Below, one piece after another: positions 28,401 through 43,928 of a stretch of 64,000 bases of DNA (position 1 is the first letter of the stretch; the number at the start of each line of letters is the position of its first letter). This DNA is from Bugula neritina (taxonomy: Eukaryota; Animalia; Bryozoa), in NCBI GenBank assembly GCA_964035545.1, contig OZ037772.1, positions 7,176,889-7,240,888 of the forward strand, read 5' to 3'. Both the position numbers and the translations under genes were made by a program. Below the pieces are notes generated by a model. The model saw nothing but the letters and a program-made list of their open reading frames with translations, did not search any database and was not told the origin of the DNA.

Positions 28401-28694
28401 GTTAAAGTTTGCTGGGAAACCATATAGTACTTTTAAACACTATAACTAAATTGTTAGAAAAAATGCCTGTTTTTACCAGAAGCAAAATAAAAATTTGAAC
28501 AGCAAATTGGAGACAGCAAAAGGTATGTATCTTCTTAGGTTGATAATTTTTTAATTTGAAAACGTGCTGCATATAACAAAAAAAACTTTTAAAGCTGAAA
28601 GTCATAATTGCAGAGAAAGGCATCAAATTAAAAATATGCAAATTATTAAACCTACTATGATACACATCAGACGCTGTGGACTATGCTTGCTGAT

Positions 28695-31000
28695 ATAGGG
28701 CACACATAGTATACATCAACTCATATGGGGCAGATATAGTATACACAGGCTTATGGGGATCGCATATACATGCAGCATATATGAGCTCATAAGGGGCACA
28801 TATAACATATCTAGGCTCATAGCGGCACATAAATAGTATATGAGCTCAAAGATGGCACATAAAATATATACAAGTTCATAGGGGGCAGATACAAAATATA
28901 TAAGTTCATAGGGGGCAGATATAGAATATATAAGTTCATAGGGGGCAGATATAGAATATATAAGTTCATAGGGGGCAGATATAGAATATATAAGTTCATA
29001 GGGGGCAGATATAGAATATATAAGTTCATAGGGGGCAGATATAGAATATATAAGCTTATAGGGGGCAGGTATAGAATATATAGGCTCATAGGGGGCAGAT
29101 ATAATATATTATATAAGCTCATAGGGGGCAGATATATAATATATATATATAAGTTCATAGGGGGCAGATATATAATATATATATAAGTTCATAGGGGGCA
29201 GATATAATATATATATATATATATATATGTTCATAGGGGGCAGATATAGAATATATATGTTCATAGGGGGCAGATATAGAATATATAGGCTCATAGGGGG
29301 CAGATATAATATATTATATAAGCCCATAGGGGGCAGATATAATATATATATATAAGTTCATAGGGGGCAGATATAATATATATATATATATATAAGTTCA
29401 TAGGGGGCAGATATAATATATATATAGGTTCATAGGGGCAGATATAGAATATATAGGCTCATAGGGGGCAGATATAATATATATATATATATAAGTTCAT
29501 AGGGGGCAGATATACTATATATAGGCTCATAGGGGGCAGATGTACCATATATAAGCTCACAACAACTCAAATATAATTTTTTAACGGAGATGCAGGCCAG
29601 ATTTCTATACAAGTTCTACCTCAAGCCCTGGCACAATTATAGCAACTGAAATTATATTATTATCACTGTAATTAAGTGTTTCCAACAGTGAAAGGGGCAC
29701 ATAAAATATATATAAGTTCATAGGGGGCAGATATGGAATATATAGGCTCATAGGGGGCAGATATAGAATATATAGGCTTATAGGGGGCAGATATGGTATA
29801 TATAGGCTCATAGGGGGCAGATATAGAATATATAGGCTCATAGGGGGCAGATATGGTATATATAGGCTCATAGGGGGCAGATATAATATATTATATAAGC
29901 TCATAGGGGGCAGATATATAATATATATATATATAAGTTCATAGGGGGCAGATATAATATATATATATATATATAAGTTCATAGGGGGCAGATATAATAT
30001 ATATATATATATATATAGGTTTATAGGGGGCAGATATAGAATATATATATATATATATTTGTATAGGTTCATAGGGGGCAGATATGGTATATATAGGCTC
30101 ATAGGGGGCAGACATAGAATATATAGGCTCATAGGGGGCAGATATAAAATATATAGGCTTATAGGTGCAGGTATAGAATATATAGGCTCATAGGGGGCAG
30201 ATATAATATATTATATAAGCTCATAGGGGACAGATTTATAATATATATATATATATAAGTTCATAGGGGGCAGATATATAATATATATATATATGTTCAT
30301 AGGGGGCAAATATAATATATATATATATATAAGTTCATAGGGGGCAGATATAATATATATATATATATATATATGTTCATAGGGGGCAGATATAGAATAT
30401 ATAGGCTCATAGGGGGCAGATATAATACATTATATAAGCTCATAGGGGGCAGATATAATATATATATAAGCTCATAGGGGGCAGATATAATATATATATA
30501 TATAAGTTCATAGGGGGCAGATATAATATATATATATAAGTTCATAGGGGGCAGATATAATATATATATATATAGGTTCATAGGGGGCAGATAGAATATA
30601 TAGGCTCATAGGGGGCAGATATAATATATATAAGTTCATAGGGGGCAGATATACTATATATAGGCTCATAGGGGGCAGATATAGAATATATAAGTTCATT
30701 GGGGGCAGATATGGTATACATAGGCTCATAGGGGGCAGATATAGAATACATAGGCTCATAGGGGGCAGATATAGAATATATAGGCTCATAGGGGGCAGAT
30801 ATAGAATATATAAGCTCATAGGGGGCAGATATAGAATATATAGGCTCATAGGGGGCAGATATAGAATATATAGGCTCATAAGGGGCAGGTATAGAATATA
30901 TAAGCTCATAGAGGGCAGATGTAGAATATATAAGCTCATAGGGGGCATATATAGAATATGTAGGCTCATAGGGGGCAGATATACTATATATAAGCTCACA
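28695..31000. repeat. About 30-bp minisatellite (ATAGAATATATA(A/G)G(C/T)TCATAGGGGGCAGAT)n in two higher-order blocks
   Basis: Dozens of CATAGGGGGCAGAT cores with variable TA spacers. A 140-bp unique segment is duplicated at 29553-29693 and 30993-31135. Confidence 0.95.
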
Positions 31001-31423
31001 ACAATTACTCAAATATAACTTTTTAACGGAGATGCAGGCCAGATTTCTATACAAGTTCTACCTTAAGCCTTGGCACAATTATAGCAACTGAAATTATATT
31101 ATTATCAATGTAATTAAGTGTTTCCAACAGTGAAAAAAGCTTTACATTAGTTTTTGGGAAGACAACTCCTTAATTTGATATTGTACAATACCATAGGGGG
31201 CTTTTTGTATATATATACAGAGCCCCCTCTGGTATTGGAAAATATCAAATTGTCCTTCTGTGAGCCTATTTTTAAAATAGTGTCTATATACCATAACAGA
31301 CTGTTCTGAGTAATTTAAAACACTCAAACATGGTGCCCCCTATGAGCAGCCCCCTATGGGCACAGAGCCCCCTATGGATGTTATACATACCAAATTGACC
31401 ACCTATGAACCCAAATATGAATC

Positions 31424-34008
<2,585 letters not shown>

Positions 34009-34952
34009 GGGGAAACCTGGGTGATATGAACCAACCGGGTGATATGGGCCATTCATGTTTTGCAGTATCTAAGGTTACCAAAAAGTTGAAAAGTGTCTTC
34101 TTGTTTAGAAATAGGAATATCTAACTCCCTGTCTCTTTGTATTAGAAAATAAAAACACATTTTCTCTTTTTGCTCGTTTTCTTATATAACTTTTCACAAC
34201 TTTTGTGGATATATTTTCATTGAAAAGAATTATCTGAAGTAAGGAGCCTGTATCTACAAATAATGTGTGGAGGGTATGTATAAATACCCAAATAGTATAT
34301 ATAATACTTGTCCACTCTCCGTCTGTAGGAATTCAAAATTTTTGGTGACATGATTTTTGGGTGATATGGACCGCCACTTGGGGGTGATATGGACCATGGA
34401 CCATATCACTCAGCAAATTGAATTTTTCTTTTTATATACTTTTTTGGAAAAAAATAATACTATATATTTCTCAAATATTTCAAACAATGCTAAAACATTA
34501 AACCCCTAAATATTGATTAAACAACATTATAACCAATTGCTGTAGAATATGTGTACTTGAAATATTCATACTCCTGCAATGTATTTTAGATGCCAAGATA
34601 TTCTTTCAAAAATATTTGAAATACTTGGGGTTAGGAGACACTAAAAAAAGCTGTTACACACTTATTTCCGATCTATTGTTTTAGGTTACTTTTTAATATA
34701 GCAAAATGCATTTTCAACACAAAAAGCTGACTTTATGTGACGGAGTCTGTGGTGGCCCATATCACCGAAAATTTCAAAAAATCTCCGCGTGATATGGTCC
34801 ACCAATTTTCAATCATAGCTCAGTCAAACATCAATATAGGAGCTTCAAATTATGTTTGTATATTAGTAGAGATAGCACCCACACTAATTTTCAATCAACC
34901 ATAGTCAGTATGGGCTGTGGGCTTAAGTAGCCCATATCACCCAGGTTTCCCC
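34009..34952. mobile_element. Non-autonomous DNA transposon (MITE), 944 bp, 20-bp TIR GGGGAAACCTGGGTGATATG, TA target
   Basis: Perfect 20-bp TIRs with TA on both sides, internal repeats of the GGTGATATGG motif in both orientations (34038, 34359, 34383, 34401, 34757, 34789), and no ORF. Confidence 0.88.
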
Positions 34953-36738
34953 TATGTATATATATTTTTTGTTTTTTCTATAATCTTTCTTGACGTGCAA
35001 CACCTTGGTTCCTAATATCGTTCACAGTCTTTTTAATTTTAAAGAATTAAAAATTTCAAAGTGTACTTTAACCAGAGCTAAATAAAATAAAGTCTACTTA
35101 TAAAATTTTTCAAACTTTAAATAAAAAACAGCAATGTATTTTGTAAAAAACAACATAAATTAGAAGGTGAATTTTCTAGATTAACCATATGTTACACATT
35201 TGGATAAAATAGCTAGCTATAATGGCTACATATTTTTAACCAACATAAATTATGCTATTGTTATAAATGTATGGGACTAGCTTTCTATACCAAAAGCAAG
35301 AGCATTGAAACAGTCACTATTGTACTTGAACGTTAAAAAAATAGGCTTTTATAGCCAATATAGCCAATATAGCCAATAGCTGGGATTAATAATAATATTG
35401 TATATCAAATAAGCATGTGGTGATAAATATAGAACATCATGTTTCAACAACTTTGTTATATATTATTCTTTGCTTAATGTTCATCACTTTAATAATGGTT
35501 GAACACTTTCATGTATATACACATACTGTACACTGTATTTTTTCCATAAAAATTTATTAACTTGGTATAGACTGTGTGAAAAAAGACCTAATCAACAATA
35601 ACGTCTCACAATGTGTTATAAGAATTGTCTAGGTTTTGTATTAGCAAAATCCTATAGCACTATTGAATACACGTAGGTCAACTAGTTTGAATGTCGTTAG
35701 TGATATATAACCTCCAAAGTTATAGCAGTTATGCTCTCATGTTATAATTATACAGTTATTGAGATCTAGGAAATTATAAAGGTAATTGTATATAACATAA
35801 TGATAATTACTGAGTGTTTTTTGTGTGTGATATGTTATAAATAGCATCACAAATTTTCACTCCGTATTATGCAATCGCATATATTATTATAGATTGTAAA
35901 ACGGTTAGTATTGGATGTTTAAACAGTGTGTATAGAAAAGCTACATTACTTTATAAATATCTTTTATAAATTTGAATAAAAAACATTTACATGCAGCAAT
36001 AAACAGTTGCAAACATTATATAAGTTAAAACAAGAACTATTTGCAAACACATACTATAATCTTAGCTAGCTCACTGAAAATGATTAATGGCCACATAACT
36101 AGCTTTAAACTTTTGTGTTTTATCCCTTTTTAAATTTCATTAGGTGTTAAAACAGCTTTTTGTAAAAAAGCTTTGACTTCAGTTGAAAAGTAAATAATTA
36201 TAACAAATATACTGTTATATAGTATAATAGAGTGCTATATAATATAATTTTTATTATTAATATAATATAATATGTGTACATGCTTTGATGTTATGCTATA
36301 AACAGGCAACTTCCCAATATTAGTTTAATATAGTTATATAACATAATATATATGCAAAAATTATATATTAGAGTAATAATTATTCTGGTAACCAACTCTG
36401 AATAAGCTCAACCTAAATATACTTTAAAGCAATCTCACAAACACAATTACCTAAATAGTATTGAGTATGGGTTTATCAAGATTTGTACTATGGGTAAGAA
36501 TCATACTGAAAATGGTTTCTGTGGCTGCTGCATAGTTTATGAAATCACATTCATTACATGGGTTGTTTAGAAAAGTGTTGTCAGACTTGCGAAAAGTCAA
36601 TTCGTTTAGAATATATTATAGTTATATAGAAACAAAATATTATCCCATTAAATCCAAATGTTGAACAATAGAATGGAAATGTAAAATGTAGAACATATAT
36701 TACCAACCAAGTTCAACATATAAGGCTTAGCGCATCAC

Positions 36739-39700
36739 TTAGGTTTCTATTTTAAAAAGATCCAATTTCTTGTCTTTCCAACCAGGTACAGCCAGTATTC
36801 CATCTCTGATACTCGGTACTCCAGCGAAATCAGTTGGTAACTTATCATGAGTCAGTGTCTTGAGAATAACACCTGTTGAATATTTAAAAATATACACTGC
36901 AATGGGAACAAAGTAAACTAGAAGGTTTATAAAAACATATTAAAATGCACTTAATTTACTCCATAATTAATAGACAAGTTTGTGAATTATGCAAAAAAAT
37001 GTGAGGATGCGCAAACTTAGATTTCAGCAATGTGACTATATTACGGAGACAGTAATTTGATGCAGCAGCTATAAAACAGTATTTCAAAAACTTTCATTAT
37101 ATGCTTTGCTAACATTTTTCAACATTTCTAACACTTTTGATGAACTCTAAAATTATATTCGGAGTTTTCTACTCGCAACATACACATGCTTAAGCAACCG
37201 TACCTGATGGAGAAATGAGGTAAAGCAACTTCAAGTTTTGTCCAGAAACATAGATAAGACCATTAGAATCTGTGCAGATACTGTATCCACCTGTTACACC
37301 ATCACATGTCCAGACTGTAGTCAGCATTCCATTCTCTACTTTATACTTTATCAGTTTATCTCCACCAACTCCTAGCAGATGACCATCTGGTAGAAAGTGT
37401 AGACCAAATGGATACACAAGAGGATGAATAGTCTCTGTCTGTTTAGTGATGAAGTCATAGATGATCAGCTGTTTAGTATCTGGATGATCCACCACAACAT
37501 ATCTGTCAGAGACTGCCACTACTGCTGCACCATTACCTGCTCTATCGAACTGAAGCAGTTGTTCTCTCTTTGTGATGTCACCAGCTAAACACATATCTAC
37601 TTTATCTATTTCACCTTCTCTGTGTAGAATGAAGGCATTGTGAAGAGTCTCAATCACTCCTGATACGGCCTTCTCACTTGTACTGTATTCACTCAGCTCA
37701 TTACCATCTCTACTCAGTAACTGTATTCCATCCTGAGTACCTATGAGTATGTCACCATCTTCTCTGTGATTGGCTGAGTAACACCACCCACTTGTCTCAT
37801 GTTCAGATATGAATGTCAGTGAAGAAGGAACTGTTACTAGACTGATGTTTAGTAGTTTACTTGTGTCCTCACCTTCAATATATGATGTAAAACTGGTCAT
37901 GTGTGTATGTATGCTTCTGACAAGTCATTCTTATGCAAAATCATTTTACAAGCTTATTATAAATTTATTTATTAAACTAGCAACTTTTGCAAATAATAGT
38001 TTAACTTAGTTTTTACAGCGTGCTTTTAGAAATTATTGTGCAAATTGAAAGCCGCCTACAGTTTTAGCATTCTATTGACATCTATCGAAAACTGAAAACA
38101 TCACTGTGTTATTGTTATATTATAGTATAATTATTGTTGTTTTGTATTATCATTGTCATATAGCAGTAACTCAGTTAAATGTTTATTAATCTGCATCTGT
38201 TTTTGCTGACATTGACAAAGAAGTTGGTTCATAAAAAATATTGTCCATGTTTATTTTTGTCACAATTTTTTCTAGTTTGTTTAGGAAATTATTGTCCACA
38301 TATCAACCAGAATATGGAGGGGGAGAAATAAAATATAATTCACAAACAATATACTTCATAACATTATGACTAGATTAAAACATTTTGAAACGAAGCAGAT
38401 TTGCCGGGCATACATGCATCCTCATATTAGTTTTTGGAGAAAAACAATCTTTATATTATACCTCAGAATGGCATAGCATATGCATCCTCCCATTAAAAAT
38501 TAAAAAAACAACCTATATAGCACAGAATGGTAAAATAATAGTTTTCTGTGTTGACAGCTTACTTTTCTGTATCAGTGTTCAAGTTAGAACTCTGATTTCA
38601 TATGTGTACTGATAAAGCGATGCAATACATAAATCTCATGAATTGAAGACAGCTTACCTGTGTGTATCAGAGTTGGTGGATCAGCAAGTTCACAATCATC
38701 CAGTTTATCTGCCTCATGTTTGTCCAGCTCTTCTGCTATTCTCTTTTTCTGCCTGATCTGCTCAGTTACATGACCATCTTTTAGAAGTCGAGTTAACTCA
38801 GTCTGTGTTTTTTTCAACCCATCTTCTTTTGTCATCAGCTTGGTGTGAAAGCCTTCAACCTTGGCCGTCATTTTTTCTTTGTGGTCTCTAACTTTGTCTA
38901 TCATTCCTTGACTCTCCAGCCTTATTTTCTGTATCTGCATAAAATATATAACCAGTTTTTTACCATTTCTAATTGTCAACTGATTTCCAGAACACTGAGC
39001 AAAGAATTCATTGTTGAAAATAGCCATTATATTATTGTCTCTCGAATATACAAAGCATAAAACTTCATATAGAGATTTGTAAATAGTGAATGCAACCATC
39101 TCTAAAATGTCATGCAATCTAGCTAACTTTCTGGCATGTTTTTTTGAATGCTTGTTTAGTATAGATTTCAACATTGCCTAAACTCTTGAATGTTTTATTG
39201 CTTTGAGAAGGCTAATAATCTTATCATAATTTGATTTGACATTAGGTAATTTTTGTTATTAAAAGAACATTTATTTTATATTAAAATACTTCCAGAAAAT
39301 AATTCCATAGAATGACTGTACCCACCATCTCATCTCTAACTTTTTCTATCTCTGCTGCCATGGCTCCACATTGTTCTTCCTGAACATCCAAATCTCTCCA
39401 CGCCTTCTTGTCCAGAGAATACAATTCATCTATCTTCTGTGATACTGTATCCAGCTTACCTCTGAGATATTCATTTACTTCAACTTTCAGGGATGTGAGA
39501 GACTTGAAGTCATGTTGACCTCCATCTAAAATGTACAACAATATTTTACCACAATGTTTTTATTAATGACTGTATATGAAAAACTATCATAATCTATTTG
39601 TGACCAAAGCACATATTATGGTACAAGTGTAATTTTGAGATTTTTGGCGCAGCTTGGATAATATACACAGTGTTCGAGTTTTGTATTGTACCTAAAACAC

Positions 39701-41574
39701 TGTAAATAGTAAAGTAATGTCTTGACTAGTATATATGGTGTAATCATGAAATAAGATTTTTGTTTTAGCCTGGATAATATGCACAGTTTTAGGGTTGTAT
39801 ATTGTACTTACAAGACTGTAAATAGTAAAGTAATGTCTTGACTGGACAAAATAAGCAAAACCACTGACTTTAAAACATGTTTTTTTCAACAACAAAGAAA
39901 AACACTAGAACAATGTTTTCATCTTTTTGAAATACTTATTTTTAACTTTAGCCATTTACAAAATAATAGAGAAAAAATATTCTTTAAACTCCTTATTTTC
40001 ATGAGGCCAAAACTAGTGCTACTCAGAAAGTGTGAAGCGTTATAATGATTATCTCTATTGTGTTATCCACAAAATATAAAATATGCCTCTATGGCACCAC
40101 TAAACATATAGCTTTCCTTTCCACGGTAATAATGACCAAAAGCCCTGACTGCTTTTAAAACTCTGGCAGAATTTGCTCATGCATCATAGGAGATTTCATA
40201 TGCTCTAAACACTTGGCTATTTTTTAAATACAGATCATTCAGAAATTTTTTATAATTCAACTGCTTTTTTTCAATTTCATATGATCTAAGTAAATACTTG
40301 ACTATTTTTTAAGTACTATAATACAGACATATCTTATATATAACTCAACTAGGTATTCTTGTCAACTTTTTAAAATTCATCATTATTTTATTAATATCCA
40401 ATGTGAAGTAGTTGAAGGAACTAATTTCTACATGTGTAATATTCAGCACAACAAAGACAGCTATTGATACTGTAAGAAGAACCCAATTGCACTTCAACTT
40501 CTGTGTTTATTTACAACTGCTTATTGACAGGTAATCTAGAATAATTAATTTTCTTAAATAGTTAGCAAGTTACTGCAATATTACCTGTGCAGTCATATCC
40601 GTCAATCTCACACTCAAAGCAGATCAGTTTATCACACTTTTGACAAGCTCTCACTAAAACCTCTTGATGATGTTTACATGTTGGTTTATCATAAGTAGCA
40701 GGTGATCTCTTGTAGACATCAATGTCCACTATCTTGTGAGAATCTCCATGAAGTTTGTTGTGTACCTACAGAAAAAAATTTTAAACTGTTATGCCTGCAT
40801 TATCCTAAACTGATTATAATGTTGTACGCGTACATGAGCTATTTTAGATTTGAAGTAGTAAGAATATACCTGCTGATGTTGAGTACAGAACATAACTTCA
40901 CACTTCACACAGTAACGTGTAGCTATTTGACCTTGACATTCATGAGCTGTACAGTACAGAGTACCAGAATCACCAGTTTCTATGGTAACCTTTGGTAAAC
41001 CTTCAATCTCCAGTGATGCATACACTTCACTGCAACATATTACTGAGTTAACTAGAATACAGATTTCAAACAGTTGTGTGTGCAGGTCGCTTCATATATA
41101 ATATTTCGAAACTAACAGCAATCCTATAATCACTTGTTGACTCTAATTGTTTGAAATGAGATTTTCTGACAAGGTACGTTATTTCAAATTACTCAATGTA
41201 ATTAAACAACTCACTCAGGGATATTTGGGTGTAGTAATTTCAAAAACTTTCAATAGAGCACAACTTTTTGTATTAAACTTTTATCAGAGACTTCTCTCGT
41301 TTTTTCAAATACTGCTCCTGTACCCCTCCATACAGGTGCTTGGAAGATTATAGTATAACTTGTAATATATGAGCTATATATAAAATGTGTAGGTTATACA
41401 TAGTACTCACCCACAAGTAGGGCAGGTCACAGTTTTATGTTTACTGTAATGTCCTTGAATACAACTCAAACAGAATACATGTTGACAAGGCAGCTCTCTT
41501 GGATCTCTCATGTCATCCCTCTTAGAGACACAATAACCACACTCATACCATTCTGGTAGTTGCTGGGCAGCCAT
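36739..41574 (-). CDS. Tripartite-motif (TRIM) E3 ligase: RING, B-box1, B-box2, coiled coil, NHL-like beta-propeller
   Basis: Exons: 41574-41411 (C3HC4 RING CGYC...LPCQHVFCLSC...CPTC), 41029-40870 (B-box), 40765-40585 (B-box CKHH...CQKCDKLICFEC), 39525-39326, 38934-38658 (coiled coil), about 37916-37204 (beta-propeller ORF) and 36872-36739. All junctions are phase-consistent except exon 5/6. Probable non-coding first exon with donor at 41843. Confidence 0.88.
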
Positions 41575-42976
41575 TTTTAATTGCTTTAAGAATGAACATG
41601 TTTGAGGGACTTTATAAGGTATAAAGACATTTAGTATTGAAATGTTATAGCAATACTTGTACAGAATACAGAGGCAACTGTGTGTATAACAAGTTGTAAA
41701 ATATGGATAAAAAGCAGTTTTAAAGCAACTAAATTTTTATCTTGAGACAATCAAGTTCAATAACTTTTATGCATTTTCTAAAAGTTATCATCAAGTTCTA
41801 AACATCAGCATTTGGTTTCATTCTACATACTTATAGCACTCACCTCTGTGCCTTTTGGTGGGTCTTGTTTGTAATCGAGTTTGAACACAAACCTTTGCAG
41901 TAGCCTAACTGTCTAGTAAGCATGCAGTTTCATTTTTCAGTATTTCTGTAGCCTCTCTTCCAAATATTATATAGCGCCTTTACATAATCATGTTATAGTC
42001 TTTCAAGGTGTTGTAAGAGTGGTTATATTAACTTTTTGTAATTGAGCTAAGTAGAGAATTTCTCTATTGTAAAAATTATTGTTCTTATTCAAACGCACAA
42101 TCAAGTCTATATTGTTATAATAAGCAAACCATGTTTATATTTATAAAACCAGAATAACATGCATATTCAATAGAGAAAATACCAGCCACTTTTGTCCTTT
42201 TTTGTAAAAGGAACAGTTTGAATAACAGTCTGCATAACTCTATAGATCTGTAGATAATATATATCAATAACTGAATATAACATATATTTAGTTCAACATT
42301 GCTCAACACTTAGTTACCCGATCAATAAGAATGTACACAAAGAGTTTTAGTTGTTAGCAATGTACCACGGGACCTTTTTGTATATGATTGAATAAAATAC
42401 TCTGCAAAACTTCCGTTTTAGGTGCGTTGTAGCTCTATTATAGTCATTTTAGTAAAAGTGCATCGTGGTTTTATGCTTTATAGCAAGCAAATTAGCATAT
42501 TGGCTGCTCTTGTGTCTATAATTTACCTGGCTAAGCTGAGTTTTCTGAAACTTAGGCTGACAAAGAAGCAGTACTTGAAACAGTATTGAATGAAGTTTTG
42601 CTATTTCTTGCTTTTGTTAACATGGAATTAAAAATTAAATGGCCCATTTGTTTCATATGTAATGTGTCCCAAAACATGAGAATTACTTTTTTAACCCACT
42701 ATAATTTACAACAAATATGTTGGTTTATATGTGCAAATTTCCCAGCCCATCAATCAATGAAAACAGTATTGACTTATTATAATATCACCTGACTATGTGA
42801 AACAAAATAGTATCCTGCTAATTAGCCTTTGTGTCTCATGCATATAATTAACATCCTGGATCAAAGTAAATTTGCTGAAAGTGCTTTATTTGAGAATTCC
42901 AAGGCTAAAGCAGAAATTGATGCACTTGTCTTATTCGAGGGTTTCAAATTTACAACCATTATAAGCTAAGTCTTTT

Positions 42977-43172
42977 AGCAGCCGTTGTCTAGGGGTTAAA
43001 GCATTCGCTTTGTGAAGTCGTAGGTTCGAACCCTGACAAAGGCCATTGGTGATGTTAGGAAGATTGCTCCTGTGCCTCATTTGAACAAGTCCTTAGGCCG
43101 ATTTAACAAAAACCCCTTCCATCAGGGGTTTCTCACAGGGATAGCGACTATAAACTTGTGTGAGCTTTTTTT
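42977..43172 (+). mobile_element. tRNA-derived SINE
   Basis: A-box-like GTCTAGGGGTTA, B-box GGTTCGAACCC (43023-43033) and a T-run end. Homologous copies lie at 50105 and 61150-61424. Confidence 0.85.
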
Positions 43173-43928
43173 ATAAGCCAACTCTTTTTTAATTATGTTA
43201 TAGTGAAATACCATTACAATAGTATCAGTTTATTTATTACTTAGTCTTTGTTTTATATTTCGCACTTCATAATGGGTGCCTCAATACATGTCCATTATTT
43301 AACTTTCACATCTCTACTCCAAATATTACATTTTAGTATAAGTTTTGTTTTCAGCAGGTGAATATGCAGATACAGTACTTGCTTATAGAAGTAAATCTGG
43401 AACGCAGTAAATCACTGTGGTGAGTGTAAGAGAACTGCATATGGTTTGTGACCAACTTTGAAGCAACACTTTAACCTTGAGATATGTGAATACAAATAAC
43501 TGAGTGAAGAAAACATACAACTTTTTAACAAAATGAGAGAAAGTTTTCTTAGTAAAAAAAATTGATAATTCAAAAATGGAGACACTAGAATGATATTTCA
43601 AATATTTAGATGAACACTTTTAACATAGCAGTACAGCAATTTTAAATGCTTAGTAAACTTTTTTAGCAATCAAAATATTTTTACATAAATTATTAATATA
43701 GGCGTTTATATAAGGAGTCTAACTAAAAGATTTGAAGAGGAAAAATTCCAACCTAAATTTCCATTTTACATGAAAACCGTTAGAATTGATAGTAGAAACC
43801 AATTACCTATAACCATAAGTTGTATGACATAATATTTGCGTTGCTATAGCAACGGGGTTTAACCTTTGTGTCCTTATGCAGTGATGTGAAAGGACCATTC
43901 TTAGCAGTTTAGAAGACAACTCTAACGT

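Noticed and set aside
28817-31054. (LYILYLPPMS)n ORFs and a superficially CRISPR-like repeat/spacer pattern
   Set aside because: This is a eukaryotic minisatellite. The 'spacers' are only TA-length variants and there are no cas genes.
42977-43040. tRNA gene
   Set aside because: A and B boxes are present, but there is no acceptor stem or cloverleaf, and it is attached to a multicopy SINE body.
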